Shown: positions 14,361-24,797 of the stretch, in pieces
Numbering within the stretch: position 1 is the stretch's first letter
Layout: each line of letters begins with the position of its first letter
Source: Podarcis vaucheri
Lineage: Eukaryota
DNA length: 64,000 nucleotides
Assembly: GCA_965113315.1 (NCBI GenBank)
Contig: OZ220372.1
Strand: one strand, 5' to 3'
Notes under the pieces: generated by a model
Databases searched by the model: none
What the model was told of the DNA's origin: nothing
What the model saw: only the letters and a program-made list of their open reading frames with translations
Position numbers and translations under genes: made by a program

Positions 14361-15475
14361 GGAGGGAACATGGATATTCTAATACAAAATCTGTAAATAT
14401 CACAGAACAATTTGAAGTAGATTAAGGATTTGAAATAAACTGACTCATAAAAGCTCCATAGAGTTTATGCTCCAAACAGTAAATGTTTGGAGCATCATAC
14501 TCTTAAAGTGTTCTGTGGCAAGGAACAAAAAAAATATTTCTCTGTATGTGTTACACCCTTCTCCCTCTTCCTCACCATCCCCCAACCATCACTGCTTTCC
14601 ATATAAAGGCCAGTACTGAGTTACAAAAATGCATCAATTCTTGTACATGAATATGGACTTGCATGTAGGAACATGTAATCAGGGCAGTCAAATACATTTT
14701 CCTGCTTCTTCTTCCATTTCCACAAGAAGCTGAAGGAACTGGCAGTTATTTCAGCACCAGCAACAGGACAGCACCTTGCACTGCACCTGAGGGCAACAAC
14801 TTAGCATCGGGGGGGGTGCTGTGGTACACACAGCCCTATCCTCCAACACTGCTGTTTCCCATCCTATAGCATTTGCTGTCTTTGGTAGTTGCCTCACTAC
14901 CTAAATTAGAGTCATCTCCAAATGTAAAGTGCAAATTGACCTTTAAAAATCCATAGCTGTTTTCTTTTCCTTTCCTTTTTGTGCTTAAAGGCCTCTTGGT
15001 ACTTCTGTTCATGCTTGGCACTCTGAAAAATAATTACTTGTTACCTCCATTGTATTCCATTGCAGGTGCTCATTTGTATAGGCTGCACTGTGAATGCTAC
15101 CAACGGAGCTCTTTGAAGTTTGAAGAGGCCTAGGGCAAGTTCCCTCCTAGGTCAGTTTATCTGTCAGCGGAGGGCAACAGTACTCTAAATAGCACCAGGA
15201 GTCAGGGTATTGCTTCCATTTTGATTTTCACAGTGCCTCAGAGCAATACTACATTACAGGCACTGTGTTGGCAGTTAAAATGGCCACTCACCCTGGCAGC
15301 TGTTTGAGAATGTCAAGGGCTGGAAGCAGCCCTGATTCCATCCAGTCATCTCTAGTTTTACTAATATTTAAAATCTCTTCTCTTTAGGGATTTTATAGGC
15401 CATTCAAAAGGAAAGTTTTGGTCTTCCTTACATTTTTTGAAGCATTCCTTTTAGATACAGAAACAAATCTGTGCA

Positions 15476-15948
15476 CCTCCCCCCCCACCAGAAGGGGGTT
15501 TGGGAATTCCTAACACAGAATTGTATTACATCACAAATCAAGTGCACCATATAATCCCATACATTTTGGAAGATGAGACCAAGCAGTGGGTACGTTTAGA
15601 GATGGACACATTGGAAAACACTCCCACTACTGCATACCCATTCCTCCAACATAAGTTGAGAAGACTCCCCTCAACACTAAATAGATTCACACTATCCATG
15701 GTTAAGGCTTGGAAACTAAAAGTAGGTACATTGTCACCAACCCCATCCCCACCAATTCCCTTGGTTCATCATCCATTATTTCATCATGTAGCCCAAACCT
15801 TTCACATAAAAACATGGCAAACCAAAGATCTATACCATCTAGCAGACTTGAAACAACAACAATAATCTGATCAAGAAGAAAAAAGTGAGAGACGTTCTTT
15901 GTAGTTTCATGAAAATCTTTTAATAAAAAATATTTCAAAAAAGAAAAG
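15476..15948 (+). mobile_element. L1-clade fragment with TSD, apparently internally deleted
   Basis: GFGIPNTELYY..QWVRLE resembles the post-RT GGLGLP..YY..W motif. AATAAA and an A-rich tail follow. TSD aatctgtgca at 15466-15475 and 15949-15958. Confidence 0.7.
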
Positions 15949-16109
15949 AATCTGTGCAAAGATTCTATAAATGTTATAAAAATGCCAAATTATAGAACTG
16001 GTTCAGAAATGAGCCCATCTATGTATAGCACTGTCAGAAGGACTTGGTGATTTCACTGATTTCACAGGGTCCTCCACATATCCTTTTTATTGTGCATTCC
16101 TGGAGGTTT

Positions 16110-17655
16110 AATAATAATAATAATAATAATAATAAATTTTATTTATATCCCGCCCTCCCCAGCCGAAGCCGGGCTCAGGGCGGCTAACAACAATAAAAAT
16201 AGTTCAACATTCTAAAACATTCATTATAACATTAATTAAATCAAATTAAAATCAAATTAATGGCAACCATCAAGCAAATTTTTGTGCAGATTGCCAGAGG
16301 AGGGGGTCAGGCTGCGCCCTGACAAAAGGGCCTGGTGGAACAGCTCTGTCTTGCAGGCCCTGCGGAAGGATGCCAGGTCCTGCAGGGCTCTAGTCTCTTG
16401 TGACAGAGCGTTCCACCAGATTGGAGCCGCGGCCGAGAAGGCCCTGGCTCTAGTTGAGGCCAGCCTAACCTCTCTGAGGCCTGGGATCTTTAGGGTGTTT
16501 TTATTTGCAGACCGTAAATTTCTCTGTGGGACATACCAGGAGAGGCGGTCCCGTAGGTACGAGGGTCCTAGGCCGTATAGGGCTTTAAAGGTTAAAACCA
16601 GCACCTTAAACCTGATCCTGTACTCCACCGGGAGCCAGTGCAGCTGGTACAGCACCGGATGGATATGATCTCGCAGCGAAGACCCCGTAAGGAGTCTCGC
16701 TGCGGCATTCTGCACCCGCTGGAGTTTCTGGGTCAGTCTCAAGGGCAGCCCCACGTAGAGCGAGTTACAATAATCCAGTCTGGAGGTGACCGTCGCATGG
16801 ATCACAGTGGCTAGGTCAGGGCGAGAGAGATAAGGAGCCAACTGCTTAGCCTGGCGGAGATGAAAAAATGCCGCCTTTGTTATAGCTGTAATCTGCGCCT
16901 CCATAGAGAGGGAGGTATCGAAGATTACACCCAAACTCTTCACGGATGATGCTGGCACTAATTGCACCCCCGCAAGAGACGGGAGTTGCCCCCTCAATCC
17001 CATATCGCTCCGTCCCAGCCAGAGGACCTCTGTCTTCGAAGGATTTAACTTCAACCGGCTCCCACGTAACCATCCAGCCACAGCTTCCAGACATCTGGTC
17101 AGTGTATCTGGGGCCGAGTCAGGATGGCCGTCCATCAACAGATAGAGTTGGGTGTCATCGGCATACTGATGGCAACCCAGCCCAAAACTCCGGACAAGCT
17201 GGGCGAGGGGGCGCATAAAGATGTTAAAAAGCATCGGGGAGAGAATTGCACCCTGAGGCACTCCACACACCAAGGAGTGGCGCGATGACAATTCCCCCCC
17301 AAGCGCCACCCTCTGTCCCCGACCGGAGAGAAACGAGCGCAGCCATTGAAGGACTGTGCCCTGGATCCCCACGTCGGCAAGGCGGCGGTCCAGGAGTTCG
17401 TGATCGACCATGTCAAAGGCTGCTGACAGGTCTAGAAGAATCAGCAGCCCCGACCCGCCTCGATCCAGCTGCCTGCGGAGATCATCTGTTAGGGCGACCA
17501 GAGCCGTCTCGGTCCCATGACCAGCGCGGAAGCCGGACTGGAATGGGTCGAGAGCAGATGTTTCATCCAGAAACCTACCAAGCTGTTCAGCAACCGCTCT
17601 CTCAATCACCTTACCCAGGAATGGAAGATTCGAAACCGGGCGGTAATTGGATAGA
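16110..17655 (-). mobile_element. Young 5'-truncated L2 LINE
   Basis: RT ORF, 3' UTR with GC-rich stem-loop, (TTA)n tail at ~16110-16135, CpG-rich. Confidence 0.93.
16257..17650 (-). pseudogene. L2 ORF2 reverse transcriptase, 5'-truncated (no endonuclease domain)
   Basis: NYRPVSNLPFLGK, QSGFRAGHGTETAL, LLDLSAAFD, GVPQGAILSP, YADDTQLY, SRLDYCN, LQRVQNAAARL, LHWLPV. No internal stops. Confidence 0.92.
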
Positions 17656-19371
17656 TTTAGAGCATTTGTGCTCTAAATGCTAACAGGGTGATCATATGTG
17701 ACCTTGCTTTCATTACTATTTGCGCCTGGGAACCTTTTGGCCATACTGCTGCATTTCACATCTGTTGACAGCTAGACAGCCAACCAAGAGGGTGTTGGTG
17801 GAAGGGTTGCATAGCAGCCAGTCTGAATGGCATGATGTTCACTGTGGTAAGGCATGTGCTGATCAGCTGTGTAGTTCTGAGGGTGTTTCCCTCTGCATAA
17901 CTAGTTGCTGAATATCTTCAAGTTCTGAACTAAGACTGAACCCAGCATGAAAGAAACAGATTCTCTATTCCTTATATTATGTATTGTTTTTGTTCAGTTT
18001 ATCCAGTAAAGAATTATCAGTTTCTTTTCTCTCTGGACTCCATCTGGATTACTCAAGTGTCTCTCTGCTAACAAGCATCCTATTCAGAAAATTGCAGATA
18101 TCACTGTTGTAGAAATCAGACTATATACATTATTTAAATGGCAGCATAGAGATGGCCAATAGAGGCAGTTATGTGAAATGGCTTCCATATGGCAGCTGTG
18201 GCATGTTTTAATTAGATATAGCCATCATTTCTTATACTTTGAGCATATATTCCATATTGTAACAAAGCCAAAGTGTATGGTCTCATATTCTTTCCCTTCC
18301 TACTCATGCCTCCACTCCCCACTTTCTCTGTTCCCCTTTCTCTGTTTCAGATTATAAATTTATTGGGGTAGGGAACCAGCCCATGCCTGTTCTTTGTAAA
18401 GCAACATATGCGTTGATTATGCTATATAGACAAATAAACAAAACACAATGTGTCCCAGCTCAGATACGGATACATTTGCAATAAGACAGGAGTGAGACCT
18501 TGTATTTTTATAGGAGATCCCATTATACCTTCTGAGATATGAGTGCTCTTGAATTTTGATTAGCATGATAAAAATGCTAAGTGCTATAAAAGGACAAAAG
18601 AAATCTTACTAGTGTGCATTTTCTCTACTTTGTACAGGGAAAAACATCCTTTTCTTCCATCCTCCATTTCTCAACTATAATTTAATAGCAGAACACTCAA
18701 ATGAGTTCTCGGATTACAATGACTTCATTACATTTCTGAAAGGTGCCTGGAAACTTTTATTGGTGCATTATAAAGTGTTATAAGTAACTAGCACTGAAAT
18801 CACTTATGAAATAAATGAACATAAGGATGCTCTTTTAGGAAATTGCTGTTAACTTTCAAATTGTTGCCTGTTCACTTGTAGCTTCAGAAATCACCAACAT
18901 GTAGGGCTTGCTTATAAAATTTTGATCAAGCACCAAAGTAAACATTAGGAGTGACACAATGCAGCTGGTGTTTTGTGTCCCTTTTGCTAGTGCATTAGTG
19001 AATGTACACACAGCACGAAATAAGATTGTGCCAGTGGTCCCCACTGTGACCCAAGCATATGCTACAGACAGTGAACCAATTCCATATTATTTGTACTCTC
19101 TACCCAGGATCTACTTCTCATCCTAGCTATATTACTGCAAAGTCTTCTGCATTTGAGAATTTTCAGGTACTCATGGTACTGATGATTTTTTAAAAATGCT
19201 GTTTCCTAAAATGTTAGGGATGAGATGAAATTTGTGGGTTGCATTTCTCAGAAAACATTTTCCCCTGTGAAATGTGACATCAAATTTCAGATATCATATA
19301 TATATATATATATATATATGCAGGTTTTGGTGTCTTCGGGTGTCTTCCCGTGTAAGAGTCAGGGTGTCTGG

Positions 19372-19409
19372 GCGACGTTTCGACGAGGTCTCACTCGTCA
19401 TCTTCAGGC
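19372..19409 (-). ncRNA. Hammerhead motif in the left inverted pLTR
   Basis: + strand gcGACGTTTCgacgaggtctcactcgtcaTCTTCAGgc is the reverse complement of the intact motif. Confidence 0.78.
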
Positions 19410-19464
19410 TGGTGCTTTCGGCTTCTTGTTACTGGAACAGAGCAGAATCTGGTGTTTGAGTTCC

Positions 19465-19472
19465 TATAAATA
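19465..19472 (+). promoter_or_regulatory. TATA box in the pLTR, antisense to the element (also 21619-21626 and 24580-24587 on the minus strand)
   Basis: cTATAAATA consensus. Function not demonstrated. Confidence 0.4.
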
Positions 19473-20972
19473 CTGTTGAGGGGTGTGGTGTATAGCCTAC
19501 AACGTTCTGGGCAGAGAGGAAGTTCCTAGATTAGTGTGCCTTTTCTTCTTTTGTTCCTTAATTACTTGAGGGATATCTTGAGTGATTTCATGAGTGATAT
19601 TCTGAATACCACTGGGTGGGTCATTAAGTGTAGATTAGTTGCTAAAGCTTTCGTGTCTTGACCTCTTGAGCTTGTGAAGAGTTTTTCTGAGAAGATGGCT
19701 GTGCTGCATTTAGTTGTGCTCTGGCTTGGCTTCGTGTATAGGGGCGAGCTGTAATTTTGTGCCTTGTGCCAGCCAGATCTGTGTAGGGATTGCAGGGGGG
19801 TGCAGCATCCGGAGGTGCCACTATAGTTTGGCTACTGGATGGAGTCTGTAATATGTCTGTGGAGAGGGTCTGGGTTTGGGTCTGGTGTGGTTGATTGGTG
19901 ACGGCGTTCTGTGTGCCTCTGGTTCTGGTGTCGGTTTTTGTGGGGAGGGCTAATTTCCAGATGTCAGGCAGGCGGGACGTGTCGTCACGCTTGTTCATGT
20001 TGTGAGGGTGTTTCTCTATCTCGATGGCTTCCATGATTATTCTCTTGTGGTGATGTTCCATGTTAAAGAGCAATTTGGAATCTGCAAAATTAATTTCGTG
20101 TCCTGTTTCTTTCATGTGTTGGAAAAGAGAGGAAGTTTTTTCTTCTTTTTTGACGGCATTCTTGTGTTCTGCGATACGTGCATTTATTCGTCTGTTTGTT
20201 TGTCCAATGTACGTGGCTGGGCAGACTTTGCAGGGTATTTCATAGACCCCTTGGTTTTCGAGCTGGATTTTGTCTTTTGGGTTTCTGAGGATATTGGCTA
20301 TTTTTTGGTTGGTGCAGAAGGCTGTTTTGATATTGTGTTTATGGAGGATTTTGCTAATTTTGTCTGTAGTGCCCTTGATATAAGGAAGGAGGGCCATGCC
20401 ATTGTTTTCTTCTGTGTCTTGGTTTTTGGGGGGTGTTTCTTTTTGGATTAGCTTCGTAACCTTGTTTTTCTGGTATCCATTGGCGATTAACACATTTGAG
20501 AGATTCTGTAACTCAGTTGTCAAGTGGTCTTTGTCAGCCAGGCGTTTGGTTCTGGAGATGAGAGTCTTGGCTACGGAGTTTATTTGTGCAGGGTGGTGGT
20601 GTGATTGTGCATGTAAGTAGCGGTTGGTGTGTGTTTTTTTCCGGTAGATAGTGTGTCCTAGGGAGCCATCAGGTTTTTTGTAGATTAGGACGTCAAGAAA
20701 GGGGAGTTGGTTGTTGTCTTCTATTTCCATAGTGAATTGTATTTTGGGGTGTAGGCTGTTGAGATGTGTGAGGAAGCTATCTAGTTTTTCTTTCCCGTGT
20801 GGCCAAATTACAAAGGTGTCGTCAACATATCTGAGCCAAAGTTTGGGTTTGTGTTCTGACTTGTCTAAAGCATTGGTTTCAAAGTGTTCCATGTACAAAT
20901 TTGCGATGACCGGTGAGAGGGGTGATCCCCTCTCACCGGTCATCATCACATGAAAGAAACAGGACACGAAAT

Positions 20973-21802
20973 CACATGAAAGAAACAGGACACGAAATTA
21001 ATTTTGCAGATTCCAAATTGCTCTTTAACATGGAACATCACCACAAGAGAATAATCATGGAAGCCATCGAGATAGAGAAACACCCTCACAACATGAACAA
21101 GCGTGACGACACGTCCCGCCTGCCTGACATCTGGAAATTAGCCCTCCCCACAAAAACCGACACCAGAACCAGAGGCACACAGAACGCCGTCACCAATCAA
21201 CCACACCAGACCCAAACCCAGACCCTCTCCACAGACATATTACAGACTCCATCCAGTAGCCAAACTATAGTGGCACCTCCGGATGCTGCACCCCCCTGCA
21301 ATCCCTACACAGATCTGGCTGGCACAAGGCACAAAATTACAGCTCGCCCCTATACACGAAGCCAAGCCAGAGCACAACTAAATGCAGCACAGCCATCTTC
21401 TCAGAAAAACTCTTCACAAGCTCAAGAGGTCAAGACACGAAAGCTTTAGCAACTAATCTACACTTAATGACCCACCCAGTGGTATTCAGAATATCACTCA
21501 TGAAATCACTCAAGATATCCCTCAAGTAATTAAGGAACAAAAGAAGAAAAGGCACACTAATCTAGGAACTTCCTCTCTGCCCAGAACGTTGTAGGCTATA
21601 CACCACACCCCTCAACAGTATTTATAGGAACTCAAACACCAGATTCTGCTCTGTTCCAGTAACAAGAAGCCGAAAGCACCAGCCTGAAGATGACGAGTGA
21701 GACCTCGTCAAAACGTCGCCCAGACACCCTGACTCTTACACGGGAAGACACCCGAAGACACCAAAACCTGCATTCCTGTACCCGTGAAAATCTACGAAAG
21801 CA
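20973..21802 (+). repeat. Upstream partial tandem copy (5' pseudo-LTR) of the Penelope element
   Basis: Direct repeat of 23934-24763. ORF 20913-21449 reproduces the C-terminus of the main ORF. Confidence 0.95.
21682..21719 (+). ncRNA. Hammerhead motif in the 5' pLTR with G12>A substitution (21710), overlapping the ORF ATG
   Basis: CTGAAGAtgacgagtgagacctcgtcAAAACGTC versus GAAACGTC in the other three copies. Confidence 0.75.
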
Positions 21803-24410
21803 AATATCTCACCTCTACGGGGAGGAAACCTTCCAGCTGACAAGAACCTACGAGAAACTAGAAATCCGAAGAGCCACCATCTTATGTGATCTCCTGTTCC
21901 TACGCAACTGCCGAGACAACAACTTAACTCCCACATGCTTCCAACTTAAATTCCACTCTAAAACCCCAGCTACCGAAAGGATCCTGAAACGAACTGAACT
22001 ATCCCTAATCAGAAACGAAATACATAAGAAAAGATACCTACTAAACCAAACCAACAAAGATCTGCTCACTCTTCACCTCAAACTATGTAACAAAATCCAC
22101 CCTGCACTCTGGGACAAATGCAAACAACTAGCCGTCTGGAGAGCTGAAACTGAGACCTCACATAAGACAGACAGACACACCAACAAACTCTACAAACTAG
22201 AGAAACGCCAGAAGCCCAGCCACCCTCCACAACAACCCATGAAACAAACAGTACATAACATATCAGACAGGATCCTCACCCCAACTGAAACCAAAGTACT
22301 CTCCAAAGGTTTCAACTTTGCAGTCGCCCCAAGACGCATCCCCACGGAAAACATCATATGCGGAGTCGAAGCTAGCCTGACCAAAATCGACCCAGATGAA
22401 GCCAATAAAATCAGACTTGAAGTCACCAACATCCTCTGCTCCAGCAAACCACCCAGAAGCAATTTACACAAAGAAGAACAGAAAGCACTCACCAACCTGA
22501 GAAAAGACAACAACATAATCATTCTCCCAGCAGACAAAGGCAACGCCACTGTTGTGATGAACACATCGGACTACCAAGCAAAACTATCAAATCTACTCCA
22601 AGACCCTACCTACCAACCTATAAAAACAGATCCCACCACCTATCTGGAAAAAACCACCAAATCCAAAATAAAAGCCTCTCCTATCAGTGAAGAAATCCAG
22701 CTAAGAATCATCCCCAGAGAAAAATCATCCAGATGCCCCAAACTCTACGGTCTCCCCAAGATACACAAAGAAGGAACACCACTCAGACCAATAGTCAGCT
22801 CCATAGGCTCACCTCTACAAAATCTCGCTAAATTTCTCGCTAAGCAACTTCAGCCCTATGCAGAATCCATCGCTTCACACGTTACTAACTCCTTCCAGTT
22901 CATAGAAACAATAAAGAAGCAATACCTACATCCCGATGACCTACTTGTGAGCTTCGATGTTGTATCTCTCTTCACTCAAGTGCCCATTAATGAAGCCTTG
23001 ACAGCCATTCAAAACAAATACAATCCCCCCAAATACATTCTGGACCTGACCAACCACTGCCTAACCAACACGTACTTCATCCACAATGGACAAAGATACA
23101 AACAGATAGAAGGAGCACCTATGGGATCACCCCTCTCACCGGTCATCGCAAATTTGTACATGGAACACTTTGAAACCAATGCTTTAGACAAGTCAGAACA
23201 CAAACCCAAACTTTGGCTCAGATATGTTGACGACACCTTTGTAATTTGGCCACACGGGAAAGAAAAACTAGATAGCTTCCTCACACATCTCAACAGCCTA
23301 CACCCCAAAATACAATTCACTATGGAAATAGAAGACAACAACCAACTCCCCTTTCTTGACGTCCTAATCTACAAAAAACCTGATGGCTCCCTAGGACACA
23401 CTATCTACCGGAAAAAAACACACACCAACCGCTACTTACATGCACAATCACACCACCACCCTGCACAAATAAACTCCGTAGCCAAGACTCTCATCTCCAG
23501 AACCAAACGCCTGGCTGACAAAGACCACTTGACAACTGAGTTACAGAATCTCTCAAATGTGTTAATCGCCAATGGATACCAGAAAAACAAGGTTACGAAG
23601 CTAATCCAAAAAGAAACACCCCCCAAAAACCAAGACACAGAAGAAAACAATGGCATGGCCCTCCTTCCTTATATCAAGGGCACTACAGACAAAATTAGCA
23701 AAATCCTCCATAAACACAATATCAAAACAGCCTTCTGCACCAACCAAAAAATAGCCAATATCCTCAGAAACCCAAAAGACAAAATCCAGCTCGAAAACCA
23801 AGGGGTCTATGAAATACCCTGCAAAGTCTGCCCAGCCACGTACATTGGACAAACAAACAGACGAATAAATGCACGTATCGCAGAACACAAGAATGCCGTC
23901 AAAAAAGAAGAAAAAACTTCCTCTCTTTTCCAACACATGAAAGAAACAGGACACGAAATTAATTTTGCAGATTCCAAATTGCTCTTTAACATGGAACATC
24001 ACCACAAGAGAATAATCATGGAAGCCATCGAGATAGAGAAACACCCTCACAACATGAACAAGCGTGACGACACGTCCCGCCTGCCTGACATCTGGAAATT
24101 AGCCCTCCCCACAAAAACCGACACCAGAACCAGAGGCACACAGAACGCCGTCACCAATCAACCACACCAGACCCAAACCCAGACCCTCTCCACAGACATA
24201 TTACAGACTCCATCCAGTAGCCAAACTATAGTGGCACCTCCGGATGCTGCACCCCCCTGCAATCCCTACACAGATCTGGCTGGCACAAGGCACAAAATTA
24301 CAGCTCGCCCCTATACACGAAGCCAAGCCAGAGCACAACTAAATGCAGCACAGCCATCTTCTCAGAAAAACTCTTCACAAGCTCAAGAGGTCAAGACACG
24401 AAAGCTTTAG
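21690..24410 (+). CDS. Penelope-like element polyprotein: N-terminal domain, reverse transcriptase, GIY-YIG endonuclease, low-complexity C-terminal tail (906 aa)
   Basis: PLE motifs LSKGFNF, PADKG, LYGLPKIHK..PLRPIVS, SFDVVSLFT, GAPMGSPLSPVIANLYM, RYVDD, LPFLD, YRKKTHT. Endonuclease GVYEIPCKVC..YIGQT.R...R..EH. No Cys-rich linker before the endonuclease, which favours Penelope/Poseidon over Neptune. The ORF is uninterrupted. Confidence 0.96.
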   Translation: MTSETSSKRRPDTLTLTREDTRRHQNLHSCTRENLRKQISHLYGEETFQLTRTYEKLEIRRATILCDLLFLRNCRDNNLTPTCFQLKFHSKTPATERILKRTELSLIRNEIHKKRYLLNQTNKDLLTLHLKLCNKIHPALWDKCKQLAVWRAETETSHKTDRHTNKLYKLEKRQKPSHPPQQPMKQTVHNISDRILTPTETKVLSKGFNFAVAPRRIPTENIICGVEASLTKIDPDEANKIRLEVTNILCSSKPPRSNLHKEEQKALTNLRKDNNIIILPADKGNATVVMNTSDYQAKLSNLLQDPTYQPIKTDPTTYLEKTTKSKIKASPISEEIQLRIIPREKSSRCPKLYGLPKIHKEGTPLRPIVSSIGSPLQNLAKFLAKQLQPYAESIASHVTNSFQFIETIKKQYLHPDDLLVSFDVVSLFTQVPINEALTAIQNKYNPPKYILDLTNHCLTNTYFIHNGQRYKQIEGAPMGSPLSPVIANLYMEHFETNALDKSEHKPKLWLRYVDDTFVIWPHGKEKLDSFLTHLNSLHPKIQFTMEIEDNNQLPFLDVLIYKKPDGSLGHTIYRKKTHTNRYLHAQSHHHPAQINSVAKTLISRTKRLADKDHLTTELQNLSNVLIANGYQKNKVTKLIQKETPPKNQDTEENNGMALLPYIKGTTDKISKILHKHNIKTAFCTNQKIANILRNPKDKIQLENQGVYEIPCKVCPATYIGQTNRRINARIAEHKNAVKKEEKTSSLFQHMKETGHEINFADSKLLFNMEHHHKRIIMEAIEIEKHPHNMNKRDDTSRLPDIWKLALPTKTDTRTRGTQNAVTNQPHQTQTQTLSTDILQTPSSSQTIVAPPDAAPPCNPYTDLAGTRHKITARPYTRSQARAQLNAAQPSSQKNSSQAQEVKTRKL

Positions 24411-24642
24411 CAACTAATCTACACTTAATGACCCACCCAGTGGTATTCAGAATATCACTCATGAAATCACTCAAGATATCCCTCAAGTAATTAAGGAACA
24501 AAAGAAGAAAAGGCACACTAATCTAGGAACTTCCTCTCTGCCCAGAACGTTGTAGGCTATACACCACACCCCTCAACAGTATTTATAGGAACTCAAACAC
24601 CAGATTCTGCTCTGTTCCAGTAACAAGAAGCCGAAAGCACCA

Positions 24643-24680
24643 GCCTGAAGATGACGAGTGAGACCTCGTCGAAACGTCGC
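24643..24680 (+). ncRNA. Minimal type I hammerhead ribozyme motif in the 3' pLTR
   Basis: gc-CTGAAGA-t-GACGAG-tgagac-CTCGTC-GAAACGTC-gc: core CUGANGA, 6-bp stem II, GAAA, palindromic ACGU stem III, GUC cleavage triplet. Adjacent stem I is only 2 bp. Confidence 0.8.
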
Positions 24681-24760
24681 CCAGACACCCTGACTCTTAC
24701 ACGGGAAGACACCCGAAGACACCAAAACCTGCATTCCTGTACCCGTGAAAATCTACGAAA

Positions 24761-24790
<30 letters not shown>

Positions 24791-24797
<7 letters not shown>

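Larger units (their letters stand above)
19318..20929 (-). mobile_element. Inverted 5'-truncated copy of the Penelope element (C-terminal half of RT, endonuclease, pLTR)
   Basis: Reverse complement of ~23123-24734. Minus ORF 19642-20967 translates identically to the main ORF from GSPLSPVIANLYM to the stop. Confidence 0.95.

Noticed and set aside
16282-17683. Plus-strand ORFs over the L2 (and 39610-39867)
   Set aside because: Antisense shadows of GC-rich L2 ORF2.
23601-24050. Hydrophobic 149-aa antisense ORF and other antisense ORFs in the Penelope element (mirrored at 20002-20953)
   Set aside because: Expected shadow of the A/C-rich coding strand. No recognisable motif, and they are duplicated only because the DNA is duplicated.
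20973-24763. LTR retrotransposon or ERV interpretation of the direct repeats
   Set aside because: No TG..CA ends, primer-binding site, gag, RNase H or integrase. The repeat includes coding sequence and the RT/nuclease are PLE-type.
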